Part shown: positions 57,150-64,000 of the stretch, piece after piece
How the letters are laid out: each line of letters begins with the position of its first letter
Numbering within the stretch: the first letter of the stretch is position 1
DNA from: Candidatus Anderseniibacteriota bacterium
Lineage (GTDB): Bacteria > Patescibacteriota > Andersenbacteria > UBA10190
Assembly (NCBI GenBank): GCA_040876835.1
Contig: JBBDOX010000010.1
Span: 8,230 to 72,229 of the forward strand
Length of the DNA stretch: 64,000 nt
Reading direction: 5' to 3'
The notes under the pieces: model-generated
Told to the model about the DNA's origin: nothing
The model's database searches: none
Seen by the model: the letters and a program-made list of their open reading frames with translations, nothing else
Position numbers and translations under genes: made by a program

Positions 57150-57941
57150 CTATAATCGAATAGTTGTGCCAATTGCTTCTTCTGCGAATGCAGCTCGTAT
57201 GTTAGCAGGAATTACACCGTTAAAGATCACAACCTCTATATTTTGTAAGGGGAGAAGAGCTCGTAACTTCCCCTGCATACCGCCGGTAACATCTGTTGCG
57301 TGTACCTTGGCCGAAGAAGGAGAGCCCTCTATTTCTTGTCGCGAAAGAGAAGGTATTAGCTGAGTTTTGTCTGTGGGGGGAAAGGAGTCGTACACGCCGT
57401 CTACGTCGGTGAAAAAAAGAATGCGCTGAGCCTGGAGTGTCTGTGCTAGCGCCACTGCTAAGGTATCCGCCGAGGCAATTGCGACGTTACCGGAGAGTGT
57501 TACAACAGTATCTCCCGCCAGTACGGGAATGCCGCCAGTTTTGAGAATGGTCTCAATGATTCTAATTCCTGTGAGTTTGAAATCGCCCTGTTCATTCATG
57601 TATCCTAGACTGCTGGCTTGGAGGGGAAGGGCTGGTAGATGAAGTTGATGAAGAGCTTTCGTGATGACGTGTGTAAGCCGTCGCATATTAGCCATCGTTT
57701 TTCCCATTCCAATCAGACGCTTTGGGTTCAAGGGCTTGTTAATTAGATCGTATTCATGAGCTAAGGGATGGCCTACAGAGCCAGCTCCATGGAGGATAAC
57801 AAGGCGCAGGTCCGGAGAGGCGGCAAGTGCATCAGCCAGCTCCGTGCATATTGTTGTGATAACATCCTGTAGAACTGCGGGCTTACCACTTTTCTTATCA
57901 GTTATAATACTGCCACCCAGTTTGATAATCCAAAGCCTCAT
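57150..57941 (-). CDS. ipk: Isopentenyl phosphate kinase (amino-acid-kinase fold)
   Basis: IKLGGSIITDK, HGAGSVGH (IPK-specific His), SAD, TDVDGVY, DVTGGM.GK. Confidence 0.88.
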   Translation of the reverse strand: MRLWIIKLGGSIITDKKSGKPAVLQDVITTICTELADALAASPDLRLVILHGAGSVGHPLAHEYDLINKPLNPKRLIGMGKTMANMRRLTHVITKALHQLHLPALPLQASSLGYMNEQGDFKLTGIRIIETILKTGGIPVLAGDTVVTLSGNVAIASADTLAVALAQTLQAQRILFFTDVDGVYDSFPPTDKTQLIPSLSRQEIEGSPSSAKVHATDVTGGMQGKLRALLPLQNIEVVIFNGVIPANIRAAFAEEAIGTTIRL

Positions 57942-57957
57942 ATGATTCAATAATACC

Positions 57958-58539
57958 ATGCTAAATTTAGACCAAACAAAAAGCGAAACTAGTGCAGAGT
58001 ATGTAGTGCTCGTTAATGAGGATAATGAACCCTTGGGGCAGGCGCTAAAGTCACAGGTGCACGCTAGTGATACCCCTCTACATCGGGCGTTTTCTTCTTT
58101 TCTGTTTAACTCTCGTGGAGAGCTTCTACTCCAGCAACGTAGTGGCGGCAAGAAAACCTGGCCACTCATATGGTCCAATAGTTGTTGTGGGCATCCGGCG
58201 CCGGGGGAGGGCACAGAAGATGCTGCTCACCGCCGCATCCAACAGGAGTTGGGGCTGAAAGTGACCAGACTCTGGAACATCCTGCCAGACTTCCGGTACC
58301 GAGCTGAGTTATATGGAATAGTGGAAAATGAAATCTGCCCAGTATTCGTTGGTTTTGTTGATGAGGAGCCTGTAGTTAACCATGATGAAATTGAAACCAT
58401 TCGCTGGGTGCCATGGGAGCAGTTTCAGCGTGAAGCTGCAGCGCCGGATTCCAAGTTCTCTGCCTGGTGTATTGAAGAAACGAGACTACTGGCAGAAAAT
58501 GCAGAATTTCAGCAGTTGTTGCGAGAACATACTGCTTAA
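57958..58539 (+). CDS. idi: Isopentenyl-diphosphate delta-isomerase, type 1
   Basis: LHRAFS.F.FN..GELLLQQR, WSNSCCGHP, ENEICPVF. Confidence 0.96.
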   Translation: MLNLDQTKSETSAEYVVLVNEDNEPLGQALKSQVHASDTPLHRAFSSFLFNSRGELLLQQRSGGKKTWPLIWSNSCCGHPAPGEGTEDAAHRRIQQELGLKVTRLWNILPDFRYRAELYGIVENEICPVFVGFVDEEPVVNHDEIETIRWVPWEQFQREAAAPDSKFSAWCIEETRLLAENAEFQQLLREHTA

Positions 58540-58551
58540 CTCCCTAATCAA

Positions 58552-59604
58552 ATGGATAAGAGTATGTTTTTAGACATTGAGCGGGTATTTGAGCACTACT
58601 TTCCTGAGCAGTGGAGTAGTGAAGAGTTGCAGAAGTTTCTTGGCGATTCCCGCTTCGTGCGCGACAGAGAAGCTATACAGCAGACGATCAACGTCCCTAT
58701 ACGCGAATTATTTTTTCGAGGTGGAAAGCGTTTGCGTTCAGCGCTTCTGTTTACGCTGTTGCAGGGATTTGATATTAATCCTCGTGGGTATGAAGAATTC
58801 GGGATCATTATAGAGCTGGTTCATAATGGGACGCTGGTTGCGGATGACATAGAAGATAGCTCTGAGCTTCGGCGCGGGAAGGCATCCTTGCATAAGATGC
58901 TTGGACTCGATATAGCGGTTAACATCGCCAGTGGAATGTTATTTATCCCCGTCACTATGCTTCTTAACCACAGTAAGAAAATTTCTGGTGAACAGCGGCT
59001 GCGTCTTTTTGAAATATACAGCGAAGAGATGACGAATGTTCATATGGGACAAGGCATAGACATCTCGTGGCACCGAACTCTTCCTGATCATATTACTCGG
59101 GAGATGTATCTTGAAATGTGCCGTCTTAAAACCGGATCGCTTATGCGGATGAGTGCGCGGTTTGCCTGCGTTCTGGCTGAACAGGATATACCGACAGAAG
59201 AAACCCTCAAACGGTTTGCTGAAAGCGTAGGTATTGTTTTCCAGATTAAAGACGATGCGCTTGATCTTACGGCTATAGAAGAGACATTCGGTAAGCCGTA
59301 CGGAAACGACATCCGGGAGGGGAAACTTAGCCTGCCCGTCATTCTGGCGCTGGAGGAACTAGCCCAGAGGGACAAAGGACGCTTGCGAGCCATCTTGCAG
59401 CAGCATCCCGGGCAGCAAGCAAAAGAACTGATTGATGAGGCTCGAGCGCTTATTATGAAAACCAATGCCGTTGATCGTGCGATAGAGTACGGCCACACAC
59501 TTTTTGTGGATGCTTGGAAAGAGATAGAGGACAAGATTCCAAACAAAGAAGGGCAAGAGCGCCTGCGGGAACTTACGAAGTCGTTTATTAGGAGGGAGCG
59601 GTAA
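58552..59604 (+). CDS. Polyprenyl diphosphate synthase (trans-IPPS)
   Basis: GGKRLR, DDIED..RRG, GQ..D, KT, FQIKDD.LD, DIREGK. Confidence 0.93.
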   Translation: MDKSMFLDIERVFEHYFPEQWSSEELQKFLGDSRFVRDREAIQQTINVPIRELFFRGGKRLRSALLFTLLQGFDINPRGYEEFGIIIELVHNGTLVADDIEDSSELRRGKASLHKMLGLDIAVNIASGMLFIPVTMLLNHSKKISGEQRLRLFEIYSEEMTNVHMGQGIDISWHRTLPDHITREMYLEMCRLKTGSLMRMSARFACVLAEQDIPTEETLKRFAESVGIVFQIKDDALDLTAIEETFGKPYGNDIREGKLSLPVILALEELAQRDKGRLRAILQQHPGQQAKELIDEARALIMKTNAVDRAIEYGHTLFVDAWKEIEDKIPNKEGQERLRELTKSFIRRER

Positions 59605-59647
59605 ATATACGTTCTCTAAACTGACTCTCTGGAAACAGGAGTCGGTT

Positions 59648-60091
59648 TTATACATCAGCTATATATTGCTGAATAACCATGTAGTGATCGAAGGCAATAG
59701 TGTCGGGAGGGGGAAGATCCGCTATATTAAACCACTGTATCTCGCTTACTTCCCAATCAAGCTCTCCTGTCTGCTCCGTAGCTTCACATGCGTAGTTGAA
59801 GGCGATGTTCTGACGACCAGCGTCATTAGGCCTATCAGGGTTATCAAAAATGCTAAGGAGTTTGAGATTAGTAATTTCCCAGCCCGTTTCCTCGCGTATT
59901 TCCCTGGTAATTGCTTGCTCTATTGTTTCATTGTGATCTACATAGCCTCCGGGCAATGCCCATTTACCGCCTTCCAGCAGAGTCTCGGCTCGCTTTTCAA
60001 GGAGGATCTGGTCGTTTTTAACCACAACAGCTTGAGCTACGGCATGCCGCAACTTTCCTTCACCGCCATCTTCAAATGTGCATGTAAGCAT
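59648..60091 (-). CDS. NUDIX hydrolase
   Basis: Canonical box GGYVDHNETIEQAITREIREETG; IAFDH. Confidence 0.92.
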   Translation of the reverse strand: MLTCTFEDGGEGKLRHAVAQAVVVKNDQILLEKRAETLLEGGKWALPGGYVDHNETIEQAITREIREETGWEITNLKLLSIFDNPDRPNDAGRQNIAFNYACEATEQTGELDWEVSEIQWFNIADLPPPDTIAFDHYMVIQQYIADV

Positions 60092-60104
60092 AGGGAGTTA
60101 GCAC

Positions 60105-60938
60105 TTAGTCAATTAGTGTTTTCCCAGAGTTGAGGAAAACCACCGTATCGTTTGAGTTAAATTTATGCTTGTCTGGTGCAGCAAAAACCGCAGCTGAAGA
60201 GGGCTCGCAATCAACCACGTTTTGAAACTTTGCATAGGTCTTCTTTATTTCCTGCTCGCTTAGTCGATAAATTGGGTGTCCTGCCTTTTGGTAGAACTCC
60301 AAGGCCTTAGAATAAGGTGTCCACGGCGTAGAGAGTTTATCACCGAAACTCTGTGTAGTATTTTGTACGCCGATGCCAATTACCTGTGTTCGTTTTTTCT
60401 TATTCTCTAATGCTTGAATAATACCCAAGTAGATGCCGCCGCTACCTACAGGAACAACGATGTGTGAAGGCTCTACTTCCGCAAAAATCTCCTTTACAAT
60501 CGGGTGGTAATTTTCTTCATAGCCGTTGGTTACTTCCCAAATTACCTCTTCCTCCTTTTCTCGGGCAAAGGCAACCAATTCCTCCGGCCTCATAATCTTA
60601 TGATTTAGGTTCAGTTCAATAACTTGATAGGCTGCCTGCCTTAAAATATTTTTAGTTTCAATTGATAAATCGCGACTTACGATGCAAACGACTTTAATGG
60701 GGCTGTTTTTAGCAAACTGGGCGAGGCTGTATCCGTTATTACCTGAGGTTATTAAAACTAATTTATCAACTTTTAAGCGACTTGCTTCTTGGAAAACATA
60801 TAGGTTACGTCTATCTTTCACCGTTCCAAATGGGTTCTTGCTCTCGTTTTTCACAAAGACAGCTTTCATTCCTAGCTGTGCTTGTAAGTCTCTGAGCGAC
60901 AGTAGGGGAGTTTGTCCGACCGGAGGGATCTTTTTCAT
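60105..60938 (-). CDS. Fold-type II PLP-dependent enzyme (threonine synthase/dehydratase-like)
   Basis: G.TPL, VKNE.KNPFGTVKDR, TSGN, VPVGSGG, EPSSA. Confidence 0.88.
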   Translation of the reverse strand: MKKIPPVGQTPLLSLRDLQAQLGMKAVFVKNESKNPFGTVKDRRNLYVFQEASRLKVDKLVLITSGNNGYSLAQFAKNSPIKVVCIVSRDLSIETKNILRQAAYQVIELNLNHKIMRPEELVAFAREKEEEVIWEVTNGYEENYHPIVKEIFAEVEPSHIVVPVGSGGIYLGIIQALENKKKRTQVIGIGVQNTTQSFGDKLSTPWTPYSKALEFYQKAGHPIYRLSEQEIKKTYAKFQNVVDCEPSSAAVFAAPDKHKFNSNDTVVFLNSGKTLID

Positions 60939-61708
60939 GCCTTTGCTTTTCCGTTGAGTCGCTTTGCTTCTTTCCAGGAGAGCTCAAAAGCGTTTTTTAA
61001 TGCATCAGCCAACTCTTGGCTCTGAATAATAAGAGAGAAACGCTCTACTAGAGACATGAAGACGATCTTATCATCATATACATTAATCTCTGGCGAAAAA
61101 GCATATTTTTCAGCCGGTACTAATTGAGCTTCACGAGCTTCTTCCGAGTCATGTGTCATACGCTCTCGGGCTTCTGGTGTGTCAGGGAATATCGCTCGAA
61201 TGCCAATCTTCTTACTTGCTCGACGCTGATAATAGTCAGGGAAATAGTTAGGTAGAGCTTTGTGCATATTCTCAATTGATGCATAGGCTCGAATTGTTTC
61301 CTGGGAGGTCAGAGTGTCCTCATAGGCTGTTTTAATTCCCTCAATGCCCTCGTAAAACTGTACTTTAGGTTTTGGTCCCACACCAACATACATAGCTTTT
61401 AACTCAGGCAGAAGGCTGCGAGCAGTACCTACTAGTTCTGTATATTTTTTCACCGACTCCTCAAGGAACTGGATAATGCGTTCAGGGGGAGCAGGATTAT
61501 ATATCTTGGTTCCTGATTTTTCTGAAATACTGACGAGGCCGTGCCCGGAGAGGGAGTCTAGTAAAACATATGCCGTGCTTCTATTGATTCCCGACTGCTT
61601 TGCTATTTCATTCACAGGAGCTGGTCCCAGCTCAAGTAGCACGAGATATATCTTTGCCTCCTTATGAGACAGCCCAAATTTTTCTAGTTGTTGTTCGGTA
61701 ATAATAAT
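60935..61708 (-). CDS. TrmB-family HTH transcriptional regulator (probable ATT start)
   Basis: LEKFGLSHKEAKIYL.LL, INRSTAY..L..L, PKVQFYEG.EG, EINVYDDK; homology extends upstream of GTG 61642 to ATT codons. Confidence 0.85.
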   Translation of the reverse strand: MIITEQQLEKFGLSHKEAKIYLVLLELGPAPVNEIAKQSGINRSTAYVLLDSLSGHGLVSISEKSGTKIYNPAPPERIIQFLEESVKKYTELVGTARSLLPELKAMYVGVGPKPKVQFYEGIEGIKTAYEDTLTSQETIRAYASIENMHKALPNYFPDYYQRRASKKIGIRAIFPDTPEARERMTHDSEEAREAQLVPAEKYAFSPEINVYDDKIVFMSLVERFSLIIQSQELADALKNAFELSWKEAKRLNGKAKA

Positions 61709-61799
61709 GTCAGGTGTTAATGACCTCTGGCAGTCTCCTTGTTTTGCTGCTCAAAATCTTTCTTAGTAGAGGATTGAGGCAGCACGCTCCAGAAATTGC

Positions 61800-61871
61800 T
61801 GTTAATAATAATTAACAACAATGTTCTGTCAAATAAGCTCTACAATAGTATGTTAATAATTTTTGACAACA
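61800..61871. promoter_or_regulatory. Two copies of a palindromic operator-like 21-mer between divergent genes
   Basis: tgttaataataattaacaaca (61800) and tgttaataatttttgacaaca (61851). Confidence 0.6.
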
Positions 61872-61905
61872 TCTTATATTAGAACCTATCTTTGGTCTGA
61901 GGAGT

Positions 61906-62256
61906 ATGGTTAAAGTCAGATTTTATACCACAACGAAAGAAGGATATAAGCAGCTCCTTGCATGGGGAGGGGCCTTAATGACCACTCGTAAGGACGAAGC
62001 CTTGCGATCTATGTTGAAGGAAGATGTGGAATTTGAAGGAATGTACTTGGCGAAGACTGCAAAAATACCTTATTTGGTGGTGGCGTTTATGTATAGCCCT
62101 CATGAGATCAAGTATCCGGACATGTCTATGAGTGTGAACCAGGAGCATCGAACGATGAAAGATCGGTGGCTCAAGCCGGCTAAGGGTCATTGGAGTATGA
62201 CGGAGTTAGACAATTTGTCCTTGATTTATGAATTAGAGACAGAGGATTATAGGTGA
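61906..62256 (+). CDS. DUF6176-like protein
   Basis: W...L...R.DEAL....E.V..E..Y......YL..FM...EH pattern; SD GAGGAG. Confidence 0.55.
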   Translation: MVKVRFYTTTKEGYKQLLAWGGALMTTRKDEALRSMLKEDVEFEGMYLAKTAKIPYLVVAFMYSPHEIKYPDMSMSVNQEHRTMKDRWLKPAKGHWSMTELDNLSLIYELETEDYR

Positions 62257-62372
62257 ACCATTACGGTGCCGCAGCTTGCCCTATATTTGACACTACTCAC
62301 ATTATAGTATATAATGAATAAAGTTTGTGAATTTTCTCTAGGTAGAGTCATAGATTTCTAGCTTCTTGGTAG

Positions 62373-63269
62373 ATGCCATCAGAATTATTAATTGCTATAT
62401 TCGGGGGACTCGGAGGCATGCTCGGCTGGGGCTTGGCCGATTTTTTTGCAAAGAAAACGATAGATGAAGTTGGTGATGTAGTAAGTCTGGCCTGGGGCCA
62501 TGTTTTTGGCACAATTGTCCTCCTGATTATGGTCCTCTATCAGTTTGTAGGGCTGGGGCATAAAGTAACCGCTCATTATGATTTAAGCGCCTGGTTACTC
62601 CTTGCCTTCTTTGGAGTATTGCAAGCAGCAGTTTACCTTTTGGTGTACAAGGGTTTTGGAAAGGGACAAGTAGGAGTGTTAAGTCCCGTGTTTGCCTCAT
62701 TTTCTGGCTTAACAGCGATTATTTCGATAGTAATATTTGGGGAAGCAGTGGGACCATACATACTCTTGGGCCTAGTTGCTCTCTTTGCCGGAATTCTTTT
62801 AATCAATATCGATGTTCAAGCCCTCAAGGCAAAGCGACTCAATTTTGCGTATGTTCCTGGGTTTAAAGAAATAGCGTTGGCAACACTTCTTGCCACTTTC
62901 TGGACGCTGTCGTGGGACAAATTTGTTGGGGGTAGGGACTGGTTACTGTACACATTCTTCATGTATGCATTTATGAGCGTAGCAATACTCATCTTTGCTT
63001 TGATACGTCGAATTAATCTACTTGTTGTTAAGCCTCATATCTGGAAGTTCTTAGCCCTTATTGGTTTTACTGAGACCGTAGCATATGCAGCAATAAGTTT
63101 GGGTTATAGCCTAACATCGCTAACCAGTGTAGTTGCATTACTAAGCGGAGCCTTCTCTCTTCCAACAATTATTTTGGCTCATCTCTTCTTAAAAGAGAAA
63201 ATAACAACAATGCAAACCGTCGGTAGTCTCATTACTATTGGTGGAATTATGGTTCTGGCCGCCCTATAA
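62373..63269 (+). CDS. EamA/DMT-family transporter
   Basis: About ten TMs, WGLADFFAKK, SP, FGE, LFLKEK duplicated repeats. Confidence 0.9.
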   Translation: MPSELLIAIFGGLGGMLGWGLADFFAKKTIDEVGDVVSLAWGHVFGTIVLLIMVLYQFVGLGHKVTAHYDLSAWLLLAFFGVLQAAVYLLVYKGFGKGQVGVLSPVFASFSGLTAIISIVIFGEAVGPYILLGLVALFAGILLINIDVQALKAKRLNFAYVPGFKEIALATLLATFWTLSWDKFVGGRDWLLYTFFMYAFMSVAILIFALIRRINLLVVKPHIWKFLALIGFTETVAYAAISLGYSLTSLTSVVALLSGAFSLPTIILAHLFLKEKITTMQTVGSLITIGGIMVLAAL

Positions 63270-63293
63270 TTGATCCATTGTACTAACTTCTGT

Positions 63294-64000
63294 ATGTCAA
63301 CGTTCACAAATCCTGATTTCGGCCAAGATTTTCTTGAAGGGTTATCACACAAGACGCCTTTTTTTCTTTTTTCAAAGGAGAAAATCATTCACAATTTTGA
63401 AGAGTTTAAGCAATGCTTTCCCGGTGCCTCGGTTCATTACGCGATGAAAGCAAACTCAGAGCCTGAAATTCTGCAAACAGTATTAGATGTTGGAGCAGGA
63501 TTCGAAGTTGCTTCTGTGTATGAGCTTCACATGCTTCAGGATATCGGTGTCCCGCCGGAAAAAATTATCTATGGGACATCCGTAAAGCCAATTGCTCATA
63601 TCAAGGAATTTTTTGATTATGGGGTGGATAGATTCGCTTTTGACTCCCTGCCTGAACTGGAGAAGATCGCTGTAATGGCTCCCGGTTCACGTGTATATGT
63701 CAGAGTAATTGTTAACGATACGGGGAGTGTATTCAGATTCTCCGAAAAATTCGGCACAGACAAGGAAAATGTTATATCGCTCCTCCAACGAGCAAAGGAT
63801 CTCGGCCTTCATCCCTACGGCGTTAGCTTTCATGTAGGCTCACAAGCAAGCAACCCTATGGCTTGGGCAAACGCTCTCGAAAATCTAGGGCCCATCCTTG
63901 AGCATCTAAAGAAAACGGGTATTGAAATAGAAATTATTAACCTAGGAGGAGGCTACCCGTGCGCCTATGCTTCGACTGATCAAAAAGTTAGTCTTAAAGA
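63294..64000 (+). CDS. Ornithine/lysine/arginine decarboxylase (fold-type III PLP), runs off window
   Basis: Manual translation: TPFF, HYAMKAN, GFEVAS..E, AFDSLPEL, KFG, SFHVGSQ, NLGGG. Confidence 0.9.
   Translation, partial: MSTFTNPDFGQDFLEGLSHKTPFFLFSKEKIIHNFEEFKQCFPGASVHYAMKANSEPEILQTVLDVGAGFEVASVYELHMLQDIGVPPEKIIYGTSVKPIAHIKEFFDYGVDRFAFDSLPELEKIAVMAPGSRVYVRVIVNDTGSVFRFSEKFGTDKENVISLLQRAKDLGLHPYGVSFHVGSQASNPMAWANALENLGPILEHLKKTGIEIEIINLGGGYPCAYASTDQKVSLK

Noticed and set aside
61706-61760. prfB-style +1 frameshift (ACC TGA C) into the TrmB gene
   Set aside because: ACC to CCU re-pairing is not permissive and no SD is correctly spaced; an ATT start is simpler
1-64000. CRISPR array, DGR/retron reverse transcriptase, IS elements, alternative genetic code
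   Set aside because: No spaced repeats, RT or transposase motifs were seen; TGA terminates several genes normally

Overview
A 64-kb chromosomal segment of a small-genome bacterium, very probably Patescibacteria/CPR. This is inferred from the tandem VirB2/TrbC-like pilins, the TrmB-like regulator, the short four-domain S1, sparse biosynthesis and many leaderless genes; TGA is used as stop, so genetic code 11. Housekeeping genes (nusA, rpsA, gyrA, xer recombinase, rpsO, pnp, lspA, recG, tsaD, valS, metG, rfbB, murI) and six tRNAs are interleaved with accessory material. The most interesting signals lie outside the ORF track. (1) An apparently protein-free, promoter-led, multi-helix RNA of about 570 nt upstream of a DksA-like gene (33025-33600). 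(2) A second promoter-to-terminator structured RNA of about 280 nt with mutually exclusive pairings, between cfa and recG (38790-39070). (3) Five GC-rich orphan islets, each with a Shine-Dalgarno, a hairpin plus boxA-like leader and its own terminator, in a backbone that is largely leaderless. (4) A seven-gene pilin array with signs of gene conversion. (5) A histone-H1-like basic peptide whose RBS and start codon are hairpin-sequestered. Also present: a ClpG-like disaggregase, an archaeal-type IPK-IDI-prenyl synthase cluster, a decayed YafQ-type toxin and a TrmB module with a probable ATT start. No CRISPR array, reverse transcriptase, transposase or rRNA was seen. All calls come from manual reading; no database search or folding program was run.
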